This document shows positions 1-10,219 of a stretch of 64,000 bases of DNA, piece by piece; the stretch's first letter is position 1; each line of letters opens with the position of its first letter. A model generated the notes under the pieces. The model was not told the DNA's origin, ran no database searches, and worked only from the letters and a program-made list of their open reading frames with translations. Source of the DNA: a virus (Duplodnaviria; Caudoviricetes); IMG/VR virus record IMGVR_UViG_3300005512_000009, positions 1-64,000 of that record. One strand, 5' to 3'. The position numbers and the translations under genes were made by a program.

Positions 1-290
1 AATATTCTGATAATTTAGTATATGCACCCTGGATTCATAAACATAATAATACTATTATGGATTGGTTAAATTTTTCAAATTCACAAATAATGGATAAATA
101 TGTTGAAGTTTTTAATAATTTACATAAATATAAAACTCAAAATATACAAATGACATCTGGTGAATCATTATTAAGTCACCACTTGAACACTAACAATGTT
201 AAATATAAAAGCTGTAATATAGATTGTAAGCTTATACGTACAAATACAAACGCAAATCCAAATACTTGGGTTAATATAAATCAATTATAA
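1..290 (+). CDS. 3' part of a hypothetical (probably glycosylation-related) protein
   Basis: ORF ends at 290 abutting the next start; probably begins before the window. Confidence 0.5.
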   Translation, partial: YSDNLVYAPWIHKHNNTIMDWLNFSNSQIMDKYVEVFNNLHKYKTQNIQMTSGESLLSHHLNTNNVKYKSCNIDCKLIRTNTNANPNTWVNINQL

Positions 291-1193
291 ATGGATAAAT
301 CTAAAATATTAATAACAGGGGGTACAGGGATGGTTGGTCATGCTTTACAAAAAATAATTCCCGATGCTACCTATATTTCTTCGAAGGATTATGATTTGAC
401 TAATGAACAACATGTTAAAACATTGATGCAAGAATCATCATGGGATGTAGTTATTCATTTAGCAGCTAAAGTCGGAGGCATCATAGACAACATGACAAAG
501 CAGTCTGACTATTTTGAAGAAAATGTATTGATGAATACTAATCTAGTAAAATGGGCTAGACAGACAAATGTTAAACAATTTATAGGTGTATTGAGTACTT
601 GTATTTATCCAGACATAGTAGATTCATATCCAATGAATGAATCTGTTTTGCATCTTGGCCCACCTACACCCACTAATTTTTCATATGGGTATGCAAAGCG
701 ATGTTTAGCAGTACAAATAGATGCTTGTAATGCACAATATGGTACAAAGTTTCAATATTTAACGCCGTGCAATATGTATGGCCCTAATGATAAGATTGGT
801 TCAAGAAGTCATTTTGTATCGGCACTATTAAATAAAATAAAACAAGCTGAAAAGGATGGTGCTGATCATATAAAATTGTTTGGTACTGGAAAACCTTTGC
901 GGCAATTTATGCATTCAGATGATTTTGCAAAAATAATCAAGCTCTGTATTGACAATAATGTCTATGAAAGTTTCAATGTAGCTACACCTGAAAATTTGTC
1001 AATCAACGATATTGCAACATTAGCTCTTGAAGTTACAAACAACAGGCATATGAAAATTGAATATGATCATACAAAGCCAGATGGACAATACCGTAAAGAT
1101 GTATGCATAGATAAAATGTATTCATTATTTCCAGAAATTGAATTAAAAAGTTTAAAACAAGGATTGAAAGAGACTTATGATCAAATTAGTTAG
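291..1193 (+). CDS. fcl: GDP-L-fucose synthase / GDP-colitose synthase (ColC-like) SDR
   Basis: GGTGMVG, HLAAKVGGI, LSTCIYP, YGYAKR, PCNMYGPND, GTGKPLRQF motifs. Confidence 0.9.
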   Translation: MDKSKILITGGTGMVGHALQKIIPDATYISSKDYDLTNEQHVKTLMQESSWDVVIHLAAKVGGIIDNMTKQSDYFEENVLMNTNLVKWARQTNVKQFIGVLSTCIYPDIVDSYPMNESVLHLGPPTPTNFSYGYAKRCLAVQIDACNAQYGTKFQYLTPCNMYGPNDKIGSRSHFVSALLNKIKQAEKDGADHIKLFGTGKPLRQFMHSDDFAKIIKLCIDNNVYESFNVATPENLSINDIATLALEVTNNRHMKIEYDHTKPDGQYRKDVCIDKMYSLFPEIELKSLKQGLKETYDQIS

Positions 1194-2334
1194 TGATACT
1201 ATTGACCGAGCAGACATCACTGCATTAACTGAATGGCTGAGACAAGAACCTATTCCAAGACTAACAAAAGGTGAATTAACTTGGGAGTTAGAAAAGCGAT
1301 GGGCTGAAAAGATCGGTACAAAATATTCAGTGTTTGTTAATTCTGGGTCATCATCGATACTGTTAACATTAGCAGCATTAAAAGAATCCGGAACGTTACC
1401 TAATAATAAGATAGTCGTTCCATCACTTAGTTGGGCAACTGATGTTAGTTCTCCCATGTTGTTAGGTTATGATATAACAATGTGTGATTGTAATCTGCAA
1501 GATCTTTCATGTGATTTAACGCAATTAGAACAAATATTTTCTGAATCTAACCCATCAGTACTCATATTAGTTTCGCCATTAGGATTAGTTCCTAGAATGA
1601 AAGAAGTAGTTGAATTATGTGAAAAATATGATGTAATACTACTTGAAGATGTTTGTGAAAGTATGGGGTCTAAATATCAAGGACAATATTTAGGCTCATT
1701 TGGGTTTGCTTCTTTCTTTTCAATGTATTTTGGACATCATCTATCAACTATTGAAGGTGGGTTCATAAATACTAACGATGAAGAGTTTTATCATTTATTA
1801 CTAATGATGAGAAGCCATGGCTGGGATAGAGATTTACCTTCATGGAAACAAAATGAATTGAGAGAGCAATATTCATGCACAGATTTCGATTCATTATATA
1901 ACTTTTATGTGCCTGGAATGAATCTTCGTTCTACAGATTTACAAGCATTTATTGGTCTTCGGGCTATTGAAAAATTAGATAGTTATTCAGTTAAGCGAAG
2001 AGACAATTTTAATTATTATGTAACTAACTTAAATAGTAACATGTTAGATCTACACGAACAAAATGGCGACTTTGTTTCTAGTTTTGCAATACCAATTGTA
2101 CACAAACAAAGAAATAATATTATACAGGATCTAATGAATGCTGATATTGAAGTTCGCCCACTAATTGCCGGCGATATGTCTCAAAAGCCAATGTGGATGA
2201 ATAAATATCGGCCGACACATGATATGCCAAATTGTAAAATGCTAAATGAATTTGGATTCTATATCCCGAATCATCAAGATTTATCAAACAAAGATATAGA
2301 TACCATTACAAATATTATCAATTGCTATGAATAA
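1177..2334 (+). CDS. colD: GDP-4-keto-6-deoxymannose 3-dehydratase (ColD-like, DegT/DnrJ family)
   Basis: LLEDVCESMG, FGHHLSTIEGG (His at the usual catalytic Lys), MRSHGWDRDL. Confidence 0.8.
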   Translation: MIKLVSDTIDRADITALTEWLRQEPIPRLTKGELTWELEKRWAEKIGTKYSVFVNSGSSSILLTLAALKESGTLPNNKIVVPSLSWATDVSSPMLLGYDITMCDCNLQDLSCDLTQLEQIFSESNPSVLILVSPLGLVPRMKEVVELCEKYDVILLEDVCESMGSKYQGQYLGSFGFASFFSMYFGHHLSTIEGGFINTNDEEFYHLLLMMRSHGWDRDLPSWKQNELREQYSCTDFDSLYNFYVPGMNLRSTDLQAFIGLRAIEKLDSYSVKRRDNFNYYVTNLNSNMLDLHEQNGDFVSSFAIPIVHKQRNNIIQDLMNADIEVRPLIAGDMSQKPMWMNKYRPTHDMPNCKMLNEFGFYIPNHQDLSNKDIDTITNIINCYE

Positions 2335-3976
2335 ATGTTCGACACTATTTATGGGCGGTCTAGGAAACATGATGTTTCAAGCTGCAGCATCATATGCATA
2401 TTCTAAAAAATATGGATTAGAACATGTATTATTAAGTCAGCATCAAGGAACATTACATAACTCACCATCATATTATTTTGATAATATATTTCGAAACTTC
2501 GCAAAAAGTGAAGAAACCAATTGGTCAGTTTGCACAGAACCTACAGATGCTAGACCTTGCGTATACAAAGAAATTCCTAACCCAGAAAATGATGAAAATA
2601 TAATTCTTAAAGGTTTTTTTCAAAGTGAAAAATATTTCGAATCCTTTCATCATGATATTAGAAACTTATTTAAGCCGTCTACAGAAATATTAAACTACAT
2701 ATATGAAAAGTATGAAGTTTTAAAAACAAATACATGTATATCAATTCATATAAGACGTGGCGATTATGTAAACTTACAAAGACAACATCATAATTTAGAT
2801 ATAGGATATTATGTTAATGCAATAGACTATTTTCAAACAATTCCTAATACTAAATATTTAGTTTTCAGTGATGATTTAGAATGGTGTAAACAAGTTTTCG
2901 GCGAGTCTAATGATTATGTATTTGTCAACGAATTAGATTATATTAGTATGTATATGATGGGGCTATGTAATCATAACATTATTGCAAATAGTACATTTAG
3001 TTGGTGGGGAGCATATCTTAATAATCATACAGATAAAATTGTAATACATCCTGATAAATGGTTTGGAGTTGAAAATGATCATATAATTTTAGATGATTTA
3101 TTTCCAAAGTCGTGGATATGTATGAGCGAATCATATCCTAAAATGATGATTAACTTAATGGGAGGTATTTGTCGACACTTAACAAAAAATAACGGTCGAT
3201 GGTCTACGGTACATGATAAGATATCATCATATGTTAAAATAGTACGAGATACACCATACTATGGAGATGTTGTAATATATTCAGATGACACTATACAAAC
3301 CGATTTACCTAGAACATTAGAAGCTAAAAATAAAATTGGGTGGTTAATGGAAACGAGAGAAATCAGTCCTGCACGTTATGATAACTTCGAAAGTTACCAA
3401 AATAATTTTGATTTTATCATGACTCATGACAAACAATTATTAGAAGAATACCCAGATAAAACAAAATTTATTCCATTCGGCGGAAGTTGGATAAAAGATT
3501 ATAATTTTAAAATGTTCCCAAAAACAAAGAATGTATCTATGATATATTCAAATAAAAATTTCATGCCTGGACATAAGATTAGACATCAAATTGTAAATGT
3601 GGTTAAAAATATTGATTTGTTTGGGAGAGGTTCGAATCATCCAATTGAATATAAAGAAGATGCACTTAAAGATTATCGATTTTCAATAGTTGTAGAAAAT
3701 TCAAAGACTGATAATTATTTTACAGAAAAATTAATTGATTGTTTCGCGGTAGGAACAATTCCGATATATTGGGGGTGTCCAAATATTGATAAATTTTTTA
3801 ATACACAAGGAATGTTGTTATTTGATACTTTAGAAGAACTACAAGATATTATTAGTTCTTTATCTGCAGATAAATATGAATTAATGAAACAAGCTGCTAA
3901 TCAGAACTTGTTGTTATCAAAAAATTACAATGTTATTGAAGATTGGATGTATAAAAATATTTTAAAGGATATATGA
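2327..3976 (+). CDS. Fused GT11 (alpha-1,2) and GT10-like (alpha-1,3/4) fucosyl/colitosyl-transferase
   Basis: N-half GGLGNMMFQ, HIRRGDY, IIANSTFSWWGAYL; C-half YRFSIVVENS..YFTEKLIDCF..GTIPIYWG. Confidence 0.8.
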   Translation: MNKCSTLFMGGLGNMMFQAAASYAYSKKYGLEHVLLSQHQGTLHNSPSYYFDNIFRNFAKSEETNWSVCTEPTDARPCVYKEIPNPENDENIILKGFFQSEKYFESFHHDIRNLFKPSTEILNYIYEKYEVLKTNTCISIHIRRGDYVNLQRQHHNLDIGYYVNAIDYFQTIPNTKYLVFSDDLEWCKQVFGESNDYVFVNELDYISMYMMGLCNHNIIANSTFSWWGAYLNNHTDKIVIHPDKWFGVENDHIILDDLFPKSWICMSESYPKMMINLMGGICRHLTKNNGRWSTVHDKISSYVKIVRDTPYYGDVVIYSDDTIQTDLPRTLEAKNKIGWLMETREISPARYDNFESYQNNFDFIMTHDKQLLEEYPDKTKFIPFGGSWIKDYNFKMFPKTKNVSMIYSNKNFMPGHKIRHQIVNVVKNIDLFGRGSNHPIEYKEDALKDYRFSIVVENSKTDNYFTEKLIDCFAVGTIPIYWGCPNIDKFFNTQGMLLFDTLEELQDIISSLSADKYELMKQAANQNLLLSKNYNVIEDWMYKNILKDI

Positions 3977-4734
3977 AACAAAATAAATTTATTATAATTA
4001 CAACAGTATACAATCTTAAGGATTGGTTGCCAATGAATATTAACATGATGAAATATCAAAATTTTGATAACTGGCATTGTGTATACATAGACGATTGGTC
4101 AGACGATGGGTCATATGAATATTTAGTAGAAGAATTAAATAATGATCCTAGATTTACCATACTTCGTACAGAACATCCAAAGAGTCGTCAAGGAGCAGGA
4201 TTTTTATCTGCTATAGATCATCTACAAAATGAACTTAATGATGATGACATTATTGTAGAGGTAGACGGAGATGATTGGTTGAGTTCTGTATTTGTATTAG
4301 ATTATTTAAATCGAGTATATCAAGACGAAAATATATGGATGTCATATGGCCAATATCAAATTTACCCTACGGGACAGTTAGGCGGGCATTGGAATATGGA
4401 TATTTCAGATGATGTAGACTCTAGAAACGATTATCGTAGTCATCCATTTCCATATTCGCATTTGAAAACATACAAATACTGGTTATTTAAAAAAATAGAT
4501 CGAAAAGATTTAATCGATCCATCGACTAACAAAGTTTGGTCTAGTGCTTGGGATCACGCACTATGTCTTCCAATGGTAGAAATGTCAGGCAAAGGTAGAA
4601 TACATCGATGTACTGATATTTTATATTCATTGAATAGATCACAAGAATTGCAGAACGAAGGCAAAACAAGATTAAACGAACAAAAAAATACTGAACAATT
4701 AATACGACAAGGAACTCGTTATGAACGAATCTAG
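3973..4734 (+). CDS. Glycosyltransferase family 2
   Basis: IITTVYN, IDDWSDDGS, VDGDDWL. Confidence 0.8.
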   Translation: MKQNKFIIITTVYNLKDWLPMNINMMKYQNFDNWHCVYIDDWSDDGSYEYLVEELNNDPRFTILRTEHPKSRQGAGFLSAIDHLQNELNDDDIIVEVDGDDWLSSVFVLDYLNRVYQDENIWMSYGQYQIYPTGQLGGHWNMDISDDVDSRNDYRSHPFPYSHLKTYKYWLFKKIDRKDLIDPSTNKVWSSAWDHALCLPMVEMSGKGRIHRCTDILYSLNRSQELQNEGKTRLNEQKNTEQLIRQGTRYERI

Positions 4735-5698
4735 AGCTTTAATAACAGGAATAAATGGTCAAGATGGATCATATTTAGCAGAGTTTTTACTAAAAAAAGG
4801 CTATGAAGTTTGGGGAATAGTAAAAAGAAATTCAGTAGCTGAAACGCAGACTTCAAGACTTGATTCTATATTTGATAAAATTAATTTGAGATATGCAGAC
4901 TTAACAGATTTATCATCTTTAATTAATGTAATACAAGAATGTAACCCAGATGAAATATATAACTTAGCTGCACAATCGCATGTACGTATAAGTTTTGACC
5001 AACCAATTTATACTGCTAATGTAACTGCACTAGGAACGTTAAATGTATTAGAAGCAGTACGCTTAACAAATAAAAAAATACGAATATATCAAGCTTCGTC
5101 ATCTGAAATGTTTGGTAATAATATTGACGAAGATGGGTTTCAGCGAGAAACAACACCAATGAATCCAGTTTCTCCATATGGATGTTCAAAAGTTTTTTCT
5201 TATAATATATGTAATAATTACAAAAATTCATACGGAATGTATGTAACAAATGGCATATTGTTTAATCACGAATCGCCAAGGCGCGGAACGAATTTCGTAA
5301 CTAATAAAGTAGTGAAAACAGCTGTTGAAATTAAACGTGGTCTTAGAGACAAATTAGTATTAGGAAATCTAAGTTCGACCAGAGACTGGGGACATGCAAA
5401 AGACTATGTTGAAGCTATGTGGATGATAATGCAACAACACAACCCGGACAATTATGTTTGTGCTACAGGGCAATCACATTCAGTACTTGATTTAGTTACA
5501 TATGTATTTGATAAATTAGATTTAGATGTTGAAAAACATCTAGAAACGAGTACAAAATATTATAGACCAGAAGAATTAGACGATCTAAAAGGCGATAGTA
5601 CTAAATTGCGTCTTGCAACTGGGTGGGAACCTAAATATACATTTGAATCAATGTTAGATGAAATGATAAATCATTGGATGGGAATATATTCAAAATGA
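4721..5698 (+). CDS. gmd: GDP-mannose 4,6-dehydratase
   Basis: ALITGINGQDGSYLAE, YNLAAQSHV, QASSSEMFG, SPYGCSK, LFNHESPRRG, RDWGHAKDY. Confidence 0.95.
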   Translation: MNESRALITGINGQDGSYLAEFLLKKGYEVWGIVKRNSVAETQTSRLDSIFDKINLRYADLTDLSSLINVIQECNPDEIYNLAAQSHVRISFDQPIYTANVTALGTLNVLEAVRLTNKKIRIYQASSSEMFGNNIDEDGFQRETTPMNPVSPYGCSKVFSYNICNNYKNSYGMYVTNGILFNHESPRRGTNFVTNKVVKTAVEIKRGLRDKLVLGNLSSTRDWGHAKDYVEAMWMIMQQHNPDNYVCATGQSHSVLDLVTYVFDKLDLDVEKHLETSTKYYRPEELDDLKGDSTKLRLATGWEPKYTFESMLDEMINHWMGIYSK

Positions 5699-6615
5699 AA
5701 GTAGCATTTTTTACAGAGATGGAGTTCCGGGGCAAAGTGCCAAGAACTCATCCAAATATGAGAACTGAGTTTGCTTGGATGGTTGCATTAGATGCTGATC
5801 ATTACAATCTAAACCATGATGTAACGAAAAAATATGATTTGGGTATTGTAATTACTCCAAAAAATTCTCCAGATAAAGTAAACATTAACCATATGAAAAC
5901 GTTTTGTGAACGAGTTGGGGTGATGCAAGAAGGGCCATTTTGGTACTTTCAAGACTATGAACTTGCAAATCAAATTCACTATTTTAATAACTTAACTTCT
6001 GCAGATATTATATTTGCTCATAATGAGCAAGACAAACAATACTATAAAGGATTAACAGGACACTCAGATGTTAGAGTTTTACAATCTTTAATGATAGAAG
6101 ATGCATTATTAAATGTTCAATTGCAACACCCTGAAGGTAGAGATGGTATTATGATTGGAGGAAATATGAAGAGTTGGTATGGAGGTTTTGATTCATACAT
6201 GATAGCATCGTCAGTAACTGATAAAATATATCAACCTAAGATGGGTAGACGTCAAGAAGGTGAAGAACAATTAGGATTAACACAATTACCATATTTACAA
6301 TGGAATGAATGGATTTCTGAGTTAAGTAAAAGAAAAATAGGAATTCATTTAATGAGAACGCATGCAGCAGGTACCTTTGCACTTAATTGTTCATATTTAG
6401 GAATTCCATGCATTGGGTATGAAGGTTTAGATACTCAAAGAGAGTTACATCCCGAATTAACTGTTAGAGATGGCGACTTGGAAACTGCAAGAAAAAAGAT
6501 TATATTATTATATAATGATCAAGATTTTTATAAACAGTGTTCAGAAGAAACAATAAAACTTTATAAAAGTAAATATTCTGAAGAAGTGTTTAAAACAAAG
6601 GCAATAATATGTTAG
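5695..6615 (+). CDS. Putative GT-B glycosyltransferase-like protein
   Basis: Locus context; C-terminal AAGTFALNCSYLGIPCIG; start likely MKVAFFTE. Confidence 0.5.
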   Translation: MKVAFFTEMEFRGKVPRTHPNMRTEFAWMVALDADHYNLNHDVTKKYDLGIVITPKNSPDKVNINHMKTFCERVGVMQEGPFWYFQDYELANQIHYFNNLTSADIIFAHNEQDKQYYKGLTGHSDVRVLQSLMIEDALLNVQLQHPEGRDGIMIGGNMKSWYGGFDSYMIASSVTDKIYQPKMGRRQEGEEQLGLTQLPYLQWNEWISELSKRKIGIHLMRTHAAGTFALNCSYLGIPCIGYEGLDTQRELHPELTVRDGDLETARKKIILLYNDQDFYKQCSEETIKLYKSKYSEEVFKTKAIIC

Positions 6616-7202
6616 AAGCGTGGATGCATCCGGCAGAAAAAGAGTTAATTACAAAACATTTTTCGCCAGAAAAAACAATGTTAGAATGGGGCTCAGGCGG
6701 ATCTACAGTAGAGTTTGCAAAACATGTTAAAAAATTATATTCAATTGAACATAATGTAGAATGGTATGATAAAGTACAGAGCGAATTAACTAGATTGAAT
6801 ATAACAAATGTAGACTATAATTTTGTAAAGCAAAATGAAGATAGAGACGAAGGTCAGAGTACATACGATCAATTTAGAGACTATATTGATAAAGTAGACG
6901 ACTTCAATGAAAAGTTTGATATAGTTTTAATAGATGGTCGAGCTCGAAGACTTTGTGCATACAAGATCATTCCATACTTAAAAAAAGATGCAATTGTTAT
7001 AATACACGATTGGGTGTTACGACACGTATATCATTGTGTAACTGATTATTATGATTTATTTGAATATATAGCACATACACCACAAACAATTGCAACATTT
7101 AAATTAAAAGATAATTATACTAAAACATATGATCTTTCATTGGGTGGATTTGATAGAGTAGATACCGAGAAAGATAATTATTTTAAAAGTTACTTCTTAT
7201 AA
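6609..7202 (+). CDS. Class I SAM-dependent methyltransferase
   Basis: LEWGSGGST, SIEHN, FDIVLIDGRAR. Confidence 0.8.
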   Translation: MLEAWMHPAEKELITKHFSPEKTMLEWGSGGSTVEFAKHVKKLYSIEHNVEWYDKVQSELTRLNITNVDYNFVKQNEDRDEGQSTYDQFRDYIDKVDDFNEKFDIVLIDGRARRLCAYKIIPYLKKDAIVIIHDWVLRHVYHCVTDYYDLFEYIAHTPQTIATFKLKDNYTKTYDLSLGGFDRVDTEKDNYFKSYFL

Positions 7203-7215
7203 TCTTAGGATAAAA

Positions 7216-8454
7216 ATGAAAATTAGTTTTATACAACCAAGCAGAAACAATCTTAAATATCTTAAATGGTCTTATGATGCCATACGCAAAAATCAAGGTG
7301 AACATACAGTACAAATTTGCGTAGCCGACGATGCATCTACAGATGGTACATGGGAATGGTGTCAAGAAAGAATGAAAAGTGATGAACATTTCTCAGCAAT
7401 TCTTAATGATACTGGAAAGCGTCAGGGTCATACAATATTATATGACCGATTAGTTAATGAAGTAGCAGAACACGATGTTTGTATGATATATCATGCGGAT
7501 ATGTATTTGTGTCCTGGAGCTTTAGATGCTATTGAAAAACATATGTACCAAACACGTACATTGCTTTCAGATCCGCCGCAAGAAAGATTAGTTCCGAATG
7601 AAAAAACTATAGTATCACTTACAAGAATTGAACCACCATTACATCCAGATGGGCCTGAGAAGATTTTATGGGATGGGGGCGTAGAACCAGAAGAATTCAA
7701 AGAAGCAGAATTATTAAGTAATTTATCTGAATTTACACAACAAGATAAAACTACAGAAGGTATATTTGCTCCGTGGGCATTCTGGAAATCAGACTTTCAA
7801 GAAATAGGAGGTCATGACCCATTATATGCTCCGCAATCAAAAGAAGACTCAGATATTTTCAATCGTTTTCATTTAAATGGCGTTAAGTTTGTTCAAACAT
7901 GGGAAGGATTTGTGTATCATATGACCTGCAGGGGTTCAAGAAGAAATACTGCAGATAAAGCTACAAGCATTTATCAAGACTCTCCAGAGTGGTTGGAACA
8001 AAATAAACGAAGCACTAGAAACTTTATTAGGAAATGGGGACATTTCGTAGCACATGATGCTTTAATGAAGCCGATTGTGCCGCCTAAATATGATATCGGA
8101 TTTAGAGTCAAAACATGTAACAGTGAATTATTAGAAGCATTAGAACCATGGTGTAGTAATATACTAATCGATGACGAAATTCAAGTATTAACAACTCATT
8201 ACATAGACAAAGAGCAGAAAAATACTTTGTATAAATTAGAAGATAGAATTAAATCAACACCTTTTGAAACTTTAGACAACGAAATAATAGTTACGATAGA
8301 TAGAAAGACTTTTACACAACAAGATTTTTTATTAATTCAACAGTTGAGTCAAATCATTCAAGATAGCGGATCTGTTGGAGAGTTTCAAATTGGTAATTTG
8401 TATTTGAATATCAACAAAATGAATGAATATCAAACTGAGTTAGTTAAACTATGA
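7216..8454 (+). CDS. Glycosyltransferase family 2
   Basis: ADDASTDGT, HADM, EIGGHD, EDSD. Confidence 0.8.
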   Translation: MKISFIQPSRNNLKYLKWSYDAIRKNQGEHTVQICVADDASTDGTWEWCQERMKSDEHFSAILNDTGKRQGHTILYDRLVNEVAEHDVCMIYHADMYLCPGALDAIEKHMYQTRTLLSDPPQERLVPNEKTIVSLTRIEPPLHPDGPEKILWDGGVEPEEFKEAELLSNLSEFTQQDKTTEGIFAPWAFWKSDFQEIGGHDPLYAPQSKEDSDIFNRFHLNGVKFVQTWEGFVYHMTCRGSRRNTADKATSIYQDSPEWLEQNKRSTRNFIRKWGHFVAHDALMKPIVPPKYDIGFRVKTCNSELLEALEPWCSNILIDDEIQVLTTHYIDKEQKNTLYKLEDRIKSTPFETLDNEIIVTIDRKTFTQQDFLLIQQLSQIIQDSGSVGEFQIGNLYLNINKMNEYQTELVKL

Positions 8455-8630
8455 AAAAATTAACACAACAAGACTTAGAAAACTTATTGAACGACGAAGC
8501 TGATCCGGATGCGGTAAATCGTAAAGAACAAAAAAGCAAAAAGAAAAAACGCAATCATATTTATAATAAAGAATCAAAATAAGTTATTCTTCTCATCCAG
8601 TTATGTCAATGATTCAATAAAAGGAGTCAT

Positions 8631-8864
8631 ATGGCGTTTAAAGATATTTTCAAAGATAACAATGTATTTAACGAAAAAAACATTGTAGGCTTTGCATCAT
8701 TTGCAATCATGGCCGTATTTGCTGCAGCAGATGTAATTACCGGCTTTATGGGTAAAGAACTTGTTATCAGCGATACTATTTTCAATTCATTTGTAATCAT
8801 TACATTGGGTTCGTTTGGAATCGACGGTGTTACAAAAATATTTCAAAAAAAGGATGAGGAATAA
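8631..8864 (+). CDS. Small two-TM membrane protein (holin-like)
   Basis: Two hydrophobic segments and charged C-tail, directly before a putative cell-wall hydrolase. Confidence 0.45.
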   Translation: MAFKDIFKDNNVFNEKNIVGFASFAIMAVFAAADVITGFMGKELVISDTIFNSFVIITLGSFGIDGVTKIFQKKDEE

Positions 8865-8867
8865 TAA

Positions 8868-9476
8868 ATGGCGTGTTTTACAAGAGAACAAATACAACAA
8901 GCAGTAGAAGGTAAAGGTTATCGTTGGTTTGAAGGCGGTGACTACAATTTGAATATTGTAGGAGTTAGAAATTCAGAAACTGGCGGGAAAGTTACTAATA
9001 AATTTGATGACTGCGTAACTGTATCATATAGTGTGAATGGCGAAAACAAATTTCACTGTTTTGAAGCAACAACTGACCCTGGTTCACATTGGGAAAGAAA
9101 CCTATTAAACAAAGATGGTGTTGCAATCTTAGTACCTGGTCAATATAGAGGTTCTCATACAATTGGGTTACATCAAGGTAAGTATGAAGCTCTTAGACAA
9201 CATAAACCATTAAAAGTTTATAGAGATAAAAACAAAGATGGTGTATATGACTTCTTAGAAGAAAATATTCACGAAGGTATATACGGAATCAACATTCACA
9301 GAGCCACTTCAAGAGAAGGTGGGAAATCTGTACAGATTGATAAGTGGTCAGCAGGTTGCCAAGTAATCGCAGCAAATGCAGACTTCAAATTGTTTATGGA
9401 GTTAGTGAATAAGGCTGCAAAACTTTACGGAAATTCATTTACTTATACTTTGATTGAAAGTAAAGATATTTCATAA
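8868..9476 (+). CDS. Putative peptidoglycan hydrolase, L,D-transpeptidase/YkuD-like
   Basis: GINIHRA...WSAGCQV His/Cys motif; flanked by holin-like genes. Confidence 0.55.
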   Translation: MACFTREQIQQAVEGKGYRWFEGGDYNLNIVGVRNSETGGKVTNKFDDCVTVSYSVNGENKFHCFEATTDPGSHWERNLLNKDGVAILVPGQYRGSHTIGLHQGKYEALRQHKPLKVYRDKNKDGVYDFLEENIHEGIYGINIHRATSREGGKSVQIDKWSAGCQVIAANADFKLFMELVNKAAKLYGNSFTYTLIESKDIS

Positions 9477-9592
9477 TGAAAGAATTATCTGATATATTTA
9501 TAACAAAAGAGTTCAAAGAACTTCGATGGACTCAACGATTGTGGATACGAATAAAAGTAGCATTCATAGAATTAATTCAATATGGGTTCTAA
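9476..9592 (+). CDS. Small hypothetical protein (38 aa)
   Basis: Fills gap with overlapping stop/start; MKELSDIFITKEF... Confidence 0.4.
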   Translation: MKELSDIFITKEFKELRWTQRLWIRIKVAFIELIQYGF

Positions 9593-9593
9593 A

Positions 9594-10022
9594 ATGGAAT
9601 TATTAAAATCAACCTGGATACAGGTTATTATGTCGATTAGTACGGCGTGTGCATTTATGGGTTCATATTTTATGAATTTAACCGCAGACAATACAGAACA
9701 ATATCTTGCATTAGTTGCAGTTGTTCTATTAGATGGATTCTTTGGTCTTATTGCTGGAATTAAAAGAGAAGGATTCAAAACATACAAAGCAGTTAAAGTA
9801 TTAAAAACACTATTTGCTTGGATATTAATATTAACAGTAATTCTTTCAGTAGAATTAGGATTTAAAGGCACATCTTGGTTATCAGAAACCATTTTGATGC
9901 CTTTTATTGTTTTCCAACTTATCTCAGCTCTTAAAAATGCTTCAATGAGTGGTTTCATCAAAACAGAGTTACTTAATAAGATTCTTGATAAGATTGACCA
10001 ACATAAAGGAGATAGAAAATGA
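9594..10022 (+). CDS. Phage holin (family 4-like)
   Basis: VVLLDGFFGLIAGIK, three TM segments, SALKNA..G, basic C-tail. Confidence 0.65.
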   Translation: MELLKSTWIQVIMSISTACAFMGSYFMNLTADNTEQYLALVAVVLLDGFFGLIAGIKREGFKTYKAVKVLKTLFAWILILTVILSVELGFKGTSWLSETILMPFIVFQLISALKNASMSGFIKTELLNKILDKIDQHKGDRK

Positions 10023-10219
10023 AAACATTACTACAATATATAACATCAACCAGAATGGTTTACTTTCTAATGTCGATGGTATTGATAGTAGGGTATCTAC
10101 TTCAATCTTGGGAAGTTGTAATATTTGTTTGTTTGATGTTACAAATCGGCCTTTGGACAGGATTCTGTCCTTCAAAATACTTTTTTGAGAAATGTGGGTT
10201 TAAGAAAACGGAGCTGTAA
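10019..10219 (+). CDS. Small membrane protein, DUF2892/YgaP-like
   Basis: Two TMs followed by TGFCP. Confidence 0.5.
   Translation: MKTLLQYITSTRMVYFLMSMVLIVGYLLQSWEVVIFVCLMLQIGLWTGFCPSKYFFEKCGFKKTEL

Noticed and set aside
1-8454. Bacterial O-antigen locus or prophage boundary
   Set aside because: No flippase/polymerase or att/integrase; gene packing and composition are continuous with the phage genes
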